Both the position numbers and the translations under genes were made by a program. The notes below the pieces were generated by a model. The model saw only the letters and a program-made list of their open reading frames with translations. It was not told the DNA's origin and did not search any database. A stretch of DNA of 63,240 bases from Burkholderiales bacterium. Its GTDB lineage: Bacteria > Pseudomonadota > Gammaproteobacteria > Burkholderiales > Burkholderiaceae_C. Below, in pieces: positions 48,536 through 62,213 of this stretch. Within the stretch, counting starts at the first letter, position 1. The number at the start of each line of letters is the position of its first letter. The stretch is taken from assembly GCA_038230175.1 (NCBI GenBank), contig JBBRNS010000001.1, positions 1 to 63,240 on the forward strand, given 5' to 3'.

Positions 48536-49884
48536 GCCAACTCTTCCTTGCGGATACGGGTGATGGGGGCCAGCACCGTGGGCAGGGACTGCATCAACGC
48601 CATGGCCTTGTTCATGTGTGCCTCGACACAGTCGTGGGTAAGGATGATCAGGTCGGTCTGCGGGACGCTGCGTGTCCCGTCCGGGCTGCCGCCCTCGCCC
48701 GCCACCTCATCGGCCTCGCGCTGCAAAACGGCGTCGATGTTGATGCCCGCACTGGCCAAAATGCCGGTGACCTTGGCCAGCACACCAGTCTGATCAGCCA
48801 CGCGCAGGCGCAGGTAGTAGCTGGTGACCACATCGCCCATGGGCAAGATGGGGGTGTCTTTAAGCGAGCTGGGCTGGAAAGCCAGATGCGGCACGCGCTG
48901 GGTGGGGTCAGCCGTGTGCAGGCGGGTGATGTCGACCAGGTCGGCAATCACTGCACTAGCCGTGGGTTCGGCACCCGCACCTTTGCCGTAATACAGCGTG
49001 GTCCCCACGGCATCGCCATGCACCATGACCGCATTCATAGCCCCTTCTACATTGGCAATCAGTCGTTTTGCGGGCACCAGCGTGGGGTGCACCCGCAGCT
49101 CAAACCCCTCCGGGCGGCGCTTGGTAATACCCAGCAGCTTGATGCGGTAGCCCAGTTGCTCAGCGTATTTGATATCCGCCGCACCCAGCTTGGTAATACC
49201 TTCCACATAGGCCTTGTCAAACTGCACCGGGATGCCAAATGCAATGGCCGACATGAGCGTGGCCTTGTGGGCTGCGTCCACCCCTTCAATGTCAAAAGTG
49301 GGGTCCGCTTCGGCGTAACCCAAGCGCTGCGCATCTTTGAGCACGGTGGCAAAGTCCAGGCCCTTGTCGCGCATCTCGGACAAGATGAAGTTGGTGGTGC
49401 CGTTGATGATGCCGGCGATCCAGTCGATGCGGTTAGCGGTCAGGCCTTCGCGCAGGGCCTTGATGATGGGGATACCACCCGCCACAGCGGCCTCAAACGC
49501 GACCATCACGCCCTTAGCCGACGCAGCTGCAAAAATCTCGGTGCCATGCACGGCCAACAGCGCCTTGTTGGCGGTGACCACATGCTTGCCCGCGGCAATG
49601 GCCTCCATCACCAGGGTGCGGGCAATGCCGTAGCCGCCTATGAGTTCAATCACGATATCGATATCGGGGTTGGCAATGATGGCGCGCGCGTCGTTGACGA
49701 CCTTCACGTCCGCACCGACGATAGTTTGGGCGCGTGCCACATCCAAGTCTGCCACCATGGTGATGGCAATGCCACGGCCCGCACGGCGTTGAATCTCTTC
49801 TTGGTTGCGTTGCAACACGCTGAACGTGCCGGCACCTACGACGCCAATGCCCATCAGGCCTACTTGTATCGGTTTCATCTTCAT
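48532..49884 (-). CDS. hom: Homoserine dehydrogenase with ACT domain
   Basis: GIGVVG, VVTANK, EAAVAGGIP, GYAEADP. Confidence 0.96.
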   Translation of the reverse strand: MKMKPIQVGLMGIGVVGAGTFSVLQRNQEEIQRRAGRGIAITMVADLDVARAQTIVGADVKVVNDARAIIANPDIDIVIELIGGYGIARTLVMEAIAAGKHVVTANKALLAVHGTEIFAAASAKGVMVAFEAAVAGGIPIIKALREGLTANRIDWIAGIINGTTNFILSEMRDKGLDFATVLKDAQRLGYAEADPTFDIEGVDAAHKATLMSAIAFGIPVQFDKAYVEGITKLGAADIKYAEQLGYRIKLLGITKRRPEGFELRVHPTLVPAKRLIANVEGAMNAVMVHGDAVGTTLYYGKGAGAEPTASAVIADLVDITRLHTADPTQRVPHLAFQPSSLKDTPILPMGDVVTSYYLRLRVADQTGVLAKVTGILASAGINIDAVLQREADEVAGEGGSPDGTRSVPQTDLIILTHDCVEAHMNKAMALMQSLPTVLAPITRIRKEELA

Positions 49885-49949
49885 TTTTCCAGTTAAATCA
49901 GGCTCTAGCCCTCGCAGAATATGCGCGAGCAGCTATCAAAACAATAGTA
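49884..49949 (-). repeat. Dispersed repeat copy G (fills the alaA-hom spacer)
   Basis: TACTAT-N7-ATAGC-TGCTCGCGC-ATATTCTG-CGAGGGCTAG-AGCCTGATTT-AACTGGAAAA-ATG. Confidence 0.9.
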
Positions 49950-49951
49950 AA

Positions 49952-51178
49952 TCAGGTCCCTACCCGCTTGCGGTAATGCTCTAGGAAGCGGGCAATACGG
50001 CCGATGGCTTCGCGCAAGTCGTCTTCATGGGGCAAGAACACAATGCGGAAATGGTCCGGCTTCTTCCAATTAAAGCCCGTGCCCTGCACCAGCATGACGC
50101 GGGTTTCGCGCAGCACTTCCAGAAAGAACTGGCGGTCATCCGCAATCGGGTAGACCGCAGGGTCCAGCCGGGGGAACATGTACAGCGCCGCTTGGGGCCG
50201 CACACAACTCACACCCGGTATGGCGGTAATCAACTCATAGGCCAGGTCGCGTTGGCGGCGCAGGCGACCGCCCTCGCCGACCAGATCGTTGATGCTTTGG
50301 TAGCCGCCCAGCGCCGTCTGAATCGCCCACTGGCCTGGCACGTTGGAGCATAGCTTCATGTTCGAGAGCATGTTCAATCCCTCGATGTAGTCGCTGGCAT
50401 TGCGCTTGTCACCCGACACCGACATCCAACCCGCACGGTATCCGCAGGAACGGTAGCTTTTACTCAGCGAGTTGAAGGTAAGCGTCAACACATCGTCGGA
50501 CAAGCTGGCCAAGGCAGTGTGCTTGATGCCGTCGTAAAGCACCTTGTCGTACACCTCGTCGGCCATGATGACCAGGCCATGTTCACGCGCAATTTCAACA
50601 ATACCTTGCAACAACGCGTCGGTGTACATCACCCCGGTCGGGTTGTTGGGGTTGATGACCACAATGCCTTTGGTGCGCGGCGTTATCTTGGCGCGAATAT
50701 CGTCTAGGTTAGGCATCCAACCGTTGGACTCGTCGCATAAGTAATGCACCGGAGTGCCGCCGGAGAGGCTGGTCGCCGCCGTCCAAAGCGGATAGTCGGG
50801 CATGGGCAATAGCAGCTCGTCGCCGTTGTCCAGCAAGGCATTGGTAGCCATGGTGATCAGCTCACTGGCGCCGTTACCGAGGTAAATGTCATCCAGCGTA
50901 ACGCCCACCACACCCTGCTTCTGGGTCTCGTGCATCACAGCTTTGCGCGCCGCGAAGATGCCTTTGCTGTCCGAGTAGCCTGCCGAATTGGGCAGGTTGC
51001 GGATCATGTCTTGCTGAATCTCTTCCGGCGCATCAAAACCAAAAACCGCCAAGTTCCCAAGGTTGAGCTTGATAATCTTTTGGCCTTCGTCCTCCATCTG
51101 ACGCGCCGCATCCATGATGGGTCCACGAATGTCATAAAGTACGTTGGCCAGCTTGGCTGATTTCTGAATGGTTCTCAA
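49952..51178 (-). CDS. alaA: Alanine aminotransferase AlaA/YfbQ
   Basis: YDIRGP, NPNNPTG, DEVYD, SLSKSYR..GYR; TTG start with GGAGG RBS. Confidence 0.9.
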   Translation of the reverse strand: MRTIQKSAKLANVLYDIRGPIMDAARQMEDEGQKIIKLNLGNLAVFGFDAPEEIQQDMIRNLPNSAGYSDSKGIFAARKAVMHETQKQGVVGVTLDDIYLGNGASELITMATNALLDNGDELLLPMPDYPLWTAATSLSGGTPVHYLCDESNGWMPNLDDIRAKITPRTKGIVVINPNNPTGVMYTDALLQGIVEIAREHGLVIMADEVYDKVLYDGIKHTALASLSDDVLTLTFNSLSKSYRSCGYRAGWMSVSGDKRNASDYIEGLNMLSNMKLCSNVPGQWAIQTALGGYQSINDLVGEGGRLRRQRDLAYELITAIPGVSCVRPQAALYMFPRLDPAVYPIADDRQFFLEVLRETRVMLVQGTGFNWKKPDHFRIVFLPHEDDLREAIGRIARFLEHYRKRVGT

Positions 51179-51279
51179 AGTTCCTCCCGGAGGCGGCCGC
51201 GCAGGGCAAAAACTATAATTTGACCACAGTTCCACGCCCATTCGGCGCGCGGCAGCATCCAATTTGACCCAGGTTCACC

Positions 51280-51645
51280 ATGAAATTTCTGCCCGACGCC
51301 GTGACCGGCCCGTCCATTACCGGCTACGGCGCAGGGTGGGTCGCCATCAACGGCGAACAAATCCACACCAGCGTCGTCGTCAGTTCGTTTGGCAGCCATT
51401 TCACCTGGGACTGTGCCAATTACGATGCCCTGCAAGCCCAGCACTTTGCGCAGCTGGCAGAAATGGACGCAGAACTGATCTTGTTTGGCAGCGGCGAGAG
51501 GATTCGTTTCCCCCAACCCCACTGGTTGCAGGCTCTTTATGCCCGCCGAATCGGGGTCGAAACCATGGACACCCAGGCAGCGTGCAGAACCTTCAACTTC
51601 CTAGCCGGTGAGGGGCGAAAAGTCGTGGCCGCGCTCCTGCTATAG
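51280..51645 (+). CDS. Mth938/DUF498 family protein
   Basis: GVETMDTQAACRTFNFLAGEGRKV. Confidence 0.9.
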   Translation: MKFLPDAVTGPSITGYGAGWVAINGEQIHTSVVVSSFGSHFTWDCANYDALQAQHFAQLAEMDAELILFGSGERIRFPQPHWLQALYARRIGVETMDTQAACRTFNFLAGEGRKVVAALLL

Positions 51646-51796
51646 CCCGTACTTACCCTGATAAGGGGCGAATTTGGTACTACTTGAGCCCAATTAAGGG
51701 TAAAATCAGGGCTTGCAGTCGAAGGCAAAGTAACGCTGTCACGTTACAACCCTCTACTTAGACTGACACACCCAGAACGCGAGACTAAAACTACCT

Positions 51797-52273
51797 ATGG
51801 CGATCGTTGTCAACAAACCCCTCCCCGAATTTGAATCAAACGCTACTGGCGGCATTAGAGTAAGCAATACTACCCATGTTGGGAACACAATGGTGTTATT
51901 TTTCTACCCGAAAGACAATACGCCCGGCTGTACCACTGAAGCGATGCAGTTTCGCGACAAGTACAAAGACTTTGTCAAAGCCGGCGCAACCGTTTTTGGT
52001 GTTTCCCGCGACAACATGCGTTCACACGACGAATTCAAAAGCAAGCTTGAGCTGCCTTTTGAACTGATCGCAGACACCGAAGAGAAAATGTGCCACATGT
52101 TCGGCGTGGTCAAAAACAAGATCATGTATGGCAAAAAAGTCAAAGGCATTGAGCGCAGCACCTTCTTGGTAGGCGCTGACGGCATTCTCAAAGAAGAATG
52201 GCGCGGCCTGAAAGTTCCCGGTCACGTCGATGACGTTTTGAAAGCCGTAAAGGCTTTAAAAAAGACAGCTTAA
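51797..52273 (+). CDS. bcp: BCP-type peroxiredoxin
   Basis: FYPKDNTPGCTTEA, GIERSTF. Confidence 0.93.
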   Translation: MAIVVNKPLPEFESNATGGIRVSNTTHVGNTMVLFFYPKDNTPGCTTEAMQFRDKYKDFVKAGATVFGVSRDNMRSHDEFKSKLELPFELIADTEEKMCHMFGVVKNKIMYGKKVKGIERSTFLVGADGILKEEWRGLKVPGHVDDVLKAVKALKKTA

Positions 52274-52346
52274 TTGCAACACCACCGCCATCGGGCTCAT
52301 GCATAATGACCCAATGCCGTTGAAAATCGCAACCGCGCTCCCACAC

Positions 52347-52382
52347 AAAGCCGCCTTGGCTCAAGGCGGCTTTTTTGCTTTT
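52347..52382 (+). terminator. Intrinsic terminator upstream of the PhoH-family gene
   Basis: AAAGCCGCCTTG-GCT-CAAGGCGGCTTT-TTT. Confidence 0.85.
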
Positions 52383-52429
52383 GGTTTCGCCTTCTTTCAC
52401 CTTTTTTGCTCTTAACCGAGCCTCCATTC

Positions 52430-54103
52430 ATGCCCCTGCCACCCGCTCCCTCCAAACCCGCTGATCGTCTGACATCCAAAGCCTTTGAGGTAACCCACCG
52501 CGCCACGCGTCGGCCCGCGAAGACACCGGCTCTTGAACAGGCCAGACATATAGAGGTGGCGACACCCGCGCCAGCCAACCGTCAAGGCAGGGGTGCGTTA
52601 CATGCAACAAGTCCATTGGCTGCTCCAGCCACTGGCGTATCAGCCGCAAAGCTATCGACACCGGTTGCCAAGGCAGCCGAGCGCTCAATCAACACCAAAA
52701 AGACGCCCCGAACCGGCGCCACCAAGGTGTTTGTGCTCGACACCAATGTATTACTGCACGACCCAATGTGCCTGTTTCGATTCGAAGAACACGACATCTA
52801 CCTGCCCATGATCGTGCTTGAAGAGCTCGACGGTCACAAAAAAGGCATGACCGAAGTCGCCCGCAACGCGCGGCAAACCAGCCGGATACTGGACGCCTTG
52901 GCGGGCACACCGGGCGCGGATATCACGGCGGGTTTTCAATTGGCCAGCACCGGCCACCGCGAGGCGTTGGGAAAACTGCTGTTCCAAACACAGCCACTGG
53001 ACTACTCCCTGCCCACCAGCCTGCCGCAAGGCAAAGCAGACAACCAAATTCTGGGTGTTGTGGAGGCTTTGCGCAAAGTCCATGCACCGCGCGAAGTAGT
53101 GCTGGTCTCCAAAGATATCAATATGCGGGTCAAGGCGCGGGCGCTTGGTTTGGCGACCGACGATTACCAAAACGACAAGACATTGGACGATGGCGACCTG
53201 CTGTACTCCGGTGCATTGGCGCTACCTTCCGACTTTTGGGCCACGCACGGCCAAGCGGTCGAGAGTTGGCAGCAAGGCCAGCACACCTTTTACAAGGTCG
53301 ATGGGCCGACGGTGCCGTCCATGCTCATCAACCAGTTTGTGTATTTTGAGTCACCCGGCGAGCCCAGCCTGTACGCCCGAGTGACCGAAATCCGCGGTAG
53401 CACCGCAGTGCTCAAAACCCTGCGTGACTTCAACCACCTCAAAAACGCGGTGTGGGGTGTCACCACCCGCAACCGCGAGCAAAACTTCGCCATGAACCTG
53501 CTCATGGACCCAGAAGTTGACTTCGTCACCCTCACTGGAACTGCCGGCACGGGGAAGACGCTGATGGCCTTGGCCGCCGGCATAACCCAGGTACTGGATG
53601 ATCGGCGCTATACGGAAATTATCGTGACCCGCGCCACCGTGAGTGTGGGCGAAGACATCGGCTTTTTGCCTGGCAACGAAGAAGAAAAAATGGGCCCCTG
53701 GATGGGCGCCCTGGATGACAACTTGGAAGTACTCGGCAAAACCGAGAACGGTGCTGGGGAATGGGGGCGCGCCGCGACCAACGAGTTGATTCGCAGCCGC
53801 ATCAAAATCAAGAGCCTCAATTTCATGCGGGGACGCACCTTTCTGAACAAGTACGTCATCATTGACGAGGCTCAGAATTTGACGCCCAAGCAAATGAAGA
53901 CGCTCATCACCCGCGCCGGACCCGGAACCAAGATTATCTGCATGGGCAATTTGGCCCAAATTGATACACCCTACCTCACCGAAGGATCGTCTGGTCTAAC
54001 CTTTGCCGTGGACAAGTTCAAAGGCTGGCCGCACGGTGGGCACATCACCTTGGCACGGGGTGAGCGATCACGTCTCGCGGACTTTGCCAGCGAAGTACTC
54101 TAA
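52430..54103 (+). CDS. PIN-PhoH family ATPase
   Basis: VLDTNVLLHDP (PIN), GTAGTGKT, IGFLPG, MRGRT, DEAQN. Confidence 0.9.
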   Translation: MPLPPAPSKPADRLTSKAFEVTHRATRRPAKTPALEQARHIEVATPAPANRQGRGALHATSPLAAPATGVSAAKLSTPVAKAAERSINTKKTPRTGATKVFVLDTNVLLHDPMCLFRFEEHDIYLPMIVLEELDGHKKGMTEVARNARQTSRILDALAGTPGADITAGFQLASTGHREALGKLLFQTQPLDYSLPTSLPQGKADNQILGVVEALRKVHAPREVVLVSKDINMRVKARALGLATDDYQNDKTLDDGDLLYSGALALPSDFWATHGQAVESWQQGQHTFYKVDGPTVPSMLINQFVYFESPGEPSLYARVTEIRGSTAVLKTLRDFNHLKNAVWGVTTRNREQNFAMNLLMDPEVDFVTLTGTAGTGKTLMALAAGITQVLDDRRYTEIIVTRATVSVGEDIGFLPGNEEEKMGPWMGALDDNLEVLGKTENGAGEWGRAATNELIRSRIKIKSLNFMRGRTFLNKYVIIDEAQNLTPKQMKTLITRAGPGTKIICMGNLAQIDTPYLTEGSSGLTFAVDKFKGWPHGGHITLARGERSRLADFASEVL

Positions 54104-54142
54104 TTCGGGTGCCCGCAACGTAGCGATTAGTGGCAAGGCGAC

Positions 54143-55549
54143 TCAATAGTCGCCGTTGCCCGCACCGCTGGCCAGGCTCTCAAACTTGGTGATATGTCGC
54201 AGGAAGGCAAGCTTTACCACGCCAGTCGGGCCGTTACGCTGCTTGGCTATGATCACCTCGGCAACGCCGGGTTCTTTGCAGGCATCTTTGGTGTAGTACT
54301 CGTCCCGGTAAATAAACATGATGATGTCGGCGTCCTGCTCAATGGCGCCCGATTCGCGCAGGTCGCTCATCATCGGACGCTTGTCTGGGCGTTGCTCCAC
54401 GCTTCGGTTGAGCTGTGACAAGGCAATCACGGGGCACTTGAGCTCACGGGCCAGCATTTTTAGGCCTCGCGAGATTTCACCCAACTCGGTGGCCCGATTT
54501 TCGCCATCGCCGCCGCTACCACTCATCAGCTGCAAGTAATCCACCACAATCAAGCCCAGTTGCCCGCACTGGCGCGAAAGGCGCCGTGCGTTGGCGCGCA
54601 GTTCGCTGGAGTTCAAACCAGCGCTCTCATCAATGTGCAATGAAATGGTGCGCAGTTTTTCGATGGCCTCCGACAAGCGTGGCCACTCGTCATCGGTCAG
54701 TTTTCCGGTTCGCAAATGGCCCTGGTCAATCCGCCCGATGGAGCCCACGATACGCACCGCCAGCTGCGCTGCGCCCATCTCCATTGAAAAAACAGCGACC
54801 GGCAAGCCTTCGTTGAGTGCTACATGCTCAGCAATATTGATTGCCAATGCGGTCTTGCCCATGGACGGACGTGCCGCCAGCACGATCAGGTCACCGGCTT
54901 GCAAGCCAGCGGTCATGCGGTCCAAATCGTAGAAACCGGTGGGCACCCCCGTCACATCATTGGGGTTGTCCGCCATCTCCTGCACGCGGTCGAGCAAGGA
55001 CACCACCAGAGTATCCATCGCCTGAAAGCCCTGCTTATTGCGCTTGCCCTGCTCGCCAATCTTGAAAATCTTCTGTTCCGACTCATCCACAATCTCAGAC
55101 ACCATGCGCCCTTTTGGGTTAAACGCATTGGTTGCAATCTCATCACTGGCTGTCACCAGCTTGCGCAAAATGGATCGGTCACGCACGATCTCAGCATAGC
55201 GGCGGATGTTGCTCGCACTGGGAACATATTGTGCGAGTGAATTTAAATACGCCAAACCACCAATCTCTTCAGCCCGCCCTTGGCTTTGCATGTGCTCGAA
55301 CACGGTAATCACATCCGCCGGTTTGCTCCCGTTGACCAAGACGCCGATGGCGGCATAAATCAGGCGGTGCTCGTAGCGGTAGAAATCGTCATCTTGCAAG
55401 ATGTCACCCACACGGTCCCACGCATTGTTGTCGAGCAACAGGCCTCCGAGCACGCTGGACTCCCCTTCAATGGAGTGTGGCGGCACCCGCAACTGGGCAA
55501 TCTGGCGGTCTTGGCTGTATTCGTCTAAAACGGAGCTGGCTGGGTGCAT
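54143..55549 (-). CDS. dnaB: Replicative DNA helicase
   Basis: PPHSIE, AARPSMGKT, DYLQL, LRESGAIEQDAD; no intein. Confidence 0.97.
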   Translation of the reverse strand: MHPASSVLDEYSQDRQIAQLRVPPHSIEGESSVLGGLLLDNNAWDRVGDILQDDDFYRYEHRLIYAAIGVLVNGSKPADVITVFEHMQSQGRAEEIGGLAYLNSLAQYVPSASNIRRYAEIVRDRSILRKLVTASDEIATNAFNPKGRMVSEIVDESEQKIFKIGEQGKRNKQGFQAMDTLVVSLLDRVQEMADNPNDVTGVPTGFYDLDRMTAGLQAGDLIVLAARPSMGKTALAINIAEHVALNEGLPVAVFSMEMGAAQLAVRIVGSIGRIDQGHLRTGKLTDDEWPRLSEAIEKLRTISLHIDESAGLNSSELRANARRLSRQCGQLGLIVVDYLQLMSGSGGDGENRATELGEISRGLKMLARELKCPVIALSQLNRSVEQRPDKRPMMSDLRESGAIEQDADIIMFIYRDEYYTKDACKEPGVAEVIIAKQRNGPTGVVKLAFLRHITKFESLASGAGNGDY

Positions 55550-55731
55550 GAAGGGCTCAAGTGCAATGGTGTGAGATGGAACAAGGGAGAAGCGTCTTGC
55601 GTGGCGCGCGGCGATCACCGCTATTTGGATGCTACGCGACACGACCGGCAGTGTCGAGTGAAAGCCTGGGGATTAGCCGGGCACAAGTTGTGTGTAAGTT
55701 GTGGACTGACGCAATCTGTACCCAAAAATAC

Positions 55732-55797
55732 AAAGGCCGCAAGGATACATCCTGGCGGCCTTTTGGGCTAAATTCCAAGGCCCTAGTGGCCTTGGAG
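55732..55797 (-). terminator. Two hairpins / terminator after rplI
   Basis: AAAGGCCGC...GCGGCCTTT and CCAAGGCC...GGCCTTGG. Confidence 0.7.
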
Positions 55798-55807
55798 ATG
55801 CAGCAAT

Positions 55808-56260
55808 TTAAGCGGTTTCGCCGTACACCGATACGGTGAATTCGACAACCACGTCGGTGTGCAACACAGCCGACACGGTGTTGTCACCGATAGTCTTGAT
55901 CAGACCGTTGGACAGACGAATCTGCGACTTGGCGACTTTGAAGCCGTTTTTGCCAAGCTCTTCGGCGATGTCCGCATTGGTGACAGAACCGAACAAGCGG
56001 CCGTCAACACCCGCTTTTTGGGTCAACTTGATAGTCGATCCAGCCAACTTGGCGCCCACAGCTTGGCACTCAGCCAACTTCACTGCAGCGGCTTTTTCGA
56101 GCTCAGCGCGCTTGACTTCAAATGCAGCCTTGGCTGCCTCGGTGGCGCGGCGAGCGCGGCCGGTAGGGATCAAGAAATTGCGCGCGTAGCCGTCTTTAAC
56201 CTTGACGATGTCGCCCAGGTTGCCAAGGTTCACGATCTTGTCGAGCAGAATAATTTGCAT
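55808..56260 (-). CDS. rplI: 50S ribosomal protein L9
   Basis: [20 protein letters not shown]. Confidence 0.97.
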   Translation of the reverse strand: MQIILLDKIVNLGNLGDIVKVKDGYARNFLIPTGRARRATEAAKAAFEVKRAELEKAAAVKLAECQAVGAKLAGSTIKLTQKAGVDGRLFGSVTNADIAEELGKNGFKVAKSQIRLSNGLIKTIGDNTVSAVLHTDVVVEFTVSVYGETA

Positions 56261-56271
56261 AGTAATGCTCC

Positions 56272-56553
56272 TTAGATTTTGTGCTGGTCGCTGTAAGGCA
56301 ACATCGCCAAGAAGCGAGCGCGCTTGATAGCAGTGTTGAGCTGGCGCTGGAAAATGGCACGGGTGCCAGTCATGCGCGCGGGAATGATTTTGCCGTTTTC
56401 GGCAATGAAGTCACGCAATGTGTCGATGTCTTTGTAGTCGATCTCTTCGACGCCAGTCACCGTGAAGCGGCAAAAGCGCTTGCGCTTAAACAGCAGGTTT
56501 TGTGCGGGGCGCTTAGGGCGCTTGTCTTTGTTGAACTTTTTGAACGTTGCCAT
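56272..56553 (-). CDS. rpsR: 30S ribosomal protein S18
   Basis: IDYKD, GKIIPAR, AIKRAR. Confidence 0.97.
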   Translation of the reverse strand: MATFKKFNKDKRPKRPAQNLLFKRKRFCRFTVTGVEEIDYKDIDTLRDFIAENGKIIPARMTGTRAIFQRQLNTAIKRARFLAMLPYSDQHKI

Positions 56554-56571
56554 GAGAGGCTCCTGAAACAA

Positions 56572-56865
56572 TTAATCTTGCGAAAATTCTTGAATGTGAA
56601 AAACCACGTTTTTGCCATTTTTAGGCGTTGCCAAAAAACCAGTAAACCGCCAGACGCTGCCGATGGCTTGTTTTACAAGCCGCTCAGCCACCGATCCGAA
56701 CGCCACTGCTTTTATGGCGGCCTTTACTTGTCGCTTCTGGCCTGCTTCTTGAACGTCTGACTCGTGTTCGAGTTTGAGGTTCAAGGCTGGCAAACCAGCT
56801 GGGGTGTAACGCATGGCCTCAGCCTCTGCAATACAAGCCCCTAGAACAAGCGTATTGGCACGCAC
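56572..56865 (-). CDS. priB: Primosomal protein PriB
   Basis: RYTPAG, LEHES..EAG; between rpsF and rpsR. Confidence 0.92.
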   Translation of the reverse strand: MRANTLVLGACIAEAEAMRYTPAGLPALNLKLEHESDVQEAGQKRQVKAAIKAVAFGSVAERLVKQAIGSVWRFTGFLATPKNGKNVVFHIQEFSQD

Positions 56866-56888
56866 GCTTCCTTGGCAAAAAAGCCGTC

Positions 56889-57254
56889 TTAACCTTGGTA
56901 TTCAGCCTGTTGGGTCTTGCGCGCATCTTCGCGCTCAACCGTTTTCATCATCGAAGATGGGCCGGTGTCGGCTTTTTTCTTCGACACGGTCAGGTGGCGT
57001 AACACAGCGTCGTTGAACTTGAAGGCATGCTCCAGCTCGGACATCACAGCCTGGTCGGCTTCGATGTTGACGCACAGGTAATGGGCTTTGGCCAATTTGT
57101 TGATCATGTAGACCAATTGGCGACGACCCCAGTCTTCCACACGATGAACCTTGCCACCGCCGGCAACGATCATGCCTTTGTAACGCTCCAGCATGGCCGG
57201 AACTTGCTCGCTCTGATCCGGATGGATCATGAGAATGATTTCATAGTGACGCAT
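56889..57254 (-). CDS. rpsF: 30S ribosomal protein S6
   Basis: [23 protein letters not shown]. Confidence 0.97.
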   Translation of the reverse strand: MRHYEIILMIHPDQSEQVPAMLERYKGMIVAGGGKVHRVEDWGRRQLVYMINKLAKAHYLCVNIEADQAVMSELEHAFKFNDAVLRHLTVSKKKADTGPSSMMKTVEREDARKTQQAEYQG

Positions 57255-57332
57255 TGCTCCTCCTTATGGATAACCCGTTTTAAGCGGGTAGAAAAAGCTG
57301 CCCTCAGCGTCGTGTGAGGTACAGCAAGGCGA
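57255..57332 (-). promoter_or_regulatory. Probable S6:S18 autoregulatory leader
   Basis: 5' CCTT can pair with AAGG of the RBS, enclosing two hairpins; known leader class at rpsF. Confidence 0.45.
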
Positions 57333-57348
57333 AGCCCTCTATTATAGC

Positions 57349-59663
57349 CTATCTAGGCAATTGGCGCACTTTCGGCGAGTGGCCGCCAAGGTTTGACCCG
57401 TCTTTGCCCGTTGCCAAGCTCACAGCCAATGTCACTATCAGCCCGGCCGCAACACCGAAAACGCCCGCCGAAACCGGCTGCACGCCCCACCAAAGACCGT
57501 CACCTCCGAGCTGAAACGCTGCACGCACCGCCGGCAGGTTGACCACCAAGTAATACAGCGTGACACCCAGCCCAGCCAACATTCCGGTAATCGCGCCGCT
57601 TCGGCTGGTACCGGGCCAAAAAATGCCCAACACCATGGCTGGCACAAAGGCTGCACCTGCCAAAGAAAACGAGGCCGAGACCAGGTACAAAATGCCAGCC
57701 GGCCGCAGCGCAGCCACATAGGCGGCTAGGAGGGCAACCACTAAAAGCGCAAATTTGGACCACATGACGCGGCGCATGGTCTGGGCCTCGCTAGCGCCAT
57801 TGTCGGGAATGACATCGTGTGCCATCGCATTACCAATCGTCAGCAACAAACCATCGGCGGTGGACAAGGCTGCAGCGAGGCCGCCGACTGCGACGAGCAC
57901 CGTCACGACATAAGGTAGTCCGCCGATTTCGGGTGTCGCCAGCATCACTACGTCGGCGCCCATCTTGATCTCGGAGAACTGCAAAATGTGGTCGGCATTG
58001 ACGTCAGCAATTGCCAACAGCGAGGGATCACGCGCCCATTGGGCAACCCAACCCGGCAGCTGGTCAAATGGCAAACCCACCAAATGCGCCATCACCTCGT
58101 ACTTGACCAATACCGCCAATGCGGGCGCCGACATGTACAACAGGGCAATAAAAAATAGCGACCATGCCACGGAAGTGCGCGCCTCCGCGACTGAGGGAGT
58201 GGTATAAAAACGGGTCAGCAAATGCGGCAAACCCGCAGTCCCCACCATCAGACAAAAAACCAGGGCCAAAAAATTCAGGCGTGATGTTTCAAAGGCCTGC
58301 TGCTCTGAAACAGTGCCAGCTGGGCTGCCGTCAAATGGAAGAGCATGTGCGGGCATGCCGCCCAACGGCGTTGCCCTTTCCCGGTTTTCAGCAAGGGCCA
58401 GAGTCCATTGCTGGCGCGCTGCGGCAACATCCTTCGGCAGTGCGGCCAACTCTTTGCGAAGGCGCACGACCTGGCCGTCGTTAGCGCCGCTAACGCCCAA
58501 AGCACGCAATTCAGTCCGTAGCGCATCCCGGTCCCGCAGCAACCCAGCGTCAACATCCTTCAGCTTGGCTGCATAAACTTCTGCGCGCAGGGCAAACACC
58601 TGCTGCACCTCCCGCTCTGCAGGTGAATCCATCAATCGCTGCTCCAAGCCACCGATGGTTTGCAACTGCTGCGCATAACTTAACGGCGCCAAGGGGTTGC
58701 CAACCTGTTTGTAGGCCAACCAAGACACTGGTATCAAAAAGGCCAGAATAATGAGCACGTACTGGGTGACCTGGGTCCAGGTCACTGCCCGCATACCACC
58801 CAAAAACGAGCAGACCAACACCCCGCCCAAGCCGACAAAAATACCAATGTCAAACTGCAAGCCAGTCAGGCGCGAAACGATCAGTCCCACGCCAAATATC
58901 TGCGCCACCACATAGGTGAATGAACACAGCACCGTGGCCAACGCGGCAATGGTGCGTGGCCAGCGCCCGCCAAAGCGAACCGCAAAATAATCGGGCACAG
59001 TGTAGAGTTGCATTCGCCGCAGGTACGGCGCCACCAACAGTGCCACCAAACAAAACCCGCCCGTCCACCCCAGCACATAGGCCAGGCCGCCCGCCTGCGC
59101 GCCTTTTCCCGAAAATCCCTGCAAGTACAGGCCGCCCGCTAGGCTGATAAAGGATGCCGCGCTCATCCAATCTGCTGCGGTAGCCATGCCGTTGTAGACC
59201 GCTGGGATACGTCGACCCGCGACGTAGTACTCGGCTGCACGCGACGTACGGTTGAATACGCCTATGGCCGCATACAAAAGCAAAGTAGCAGCTAGAAATA
59301 TACCAGCCACCCATGCTTTGGGTAACCCCCAATGCTCGGCTAAGGCCAAGGCCGATAGAAATAGCAAAAGGCCCACGAGGTAACGCGCGAACCAACGGTG
59401 CAAACCCCGTCGGTAGCTTGCATAAGCTTTTGTGTCCAAACTGTCATCGGCCGCTTCGCGGCGGTTCGCAACCCACGCATACACCGCGACGATAGCCACA
59501 AAAATCAACACCAAACCTTGGGCAAAAATCCAATAACCTACGGGCCAGCCGCCCACGACCCACTGCAGGTCACGGGCAAAAAACACCCATCCAAACGAAG
59601 CCACAAACCATAGCGCCAACAAGCCCGCATGCAGGGGCCATCGGCGCGCGGTCGCGGCCGGTG

Positions 59664-59667
<4 letters not shown>
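57349..59667 (-). CDS. Sodium:solute symporter (ActP/VC_2705-like) fused to a DUF4212-like small subunit
   Basis: [34 protein letters not shown]; N-terminal [17 protein letters not shown]. Confidence 0.85.
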
Positions 59668-62057
<2,390 letters not shown>

Positions 62058-62213
62058 CAATATGCTCCTCAAGTTAAACCCGTGCGCGGTTAGTGCGAAA
62101 GTAGCCAGGCATCTTGGCCTTTGCTGACATTCGCTGACTGCCGCAGTGTTCTGGTAGAGCGCGCAATGCGCGAGAATGGCACTCCGTTGCAGCCATTGTA
62201 GGGACCTATTTCC

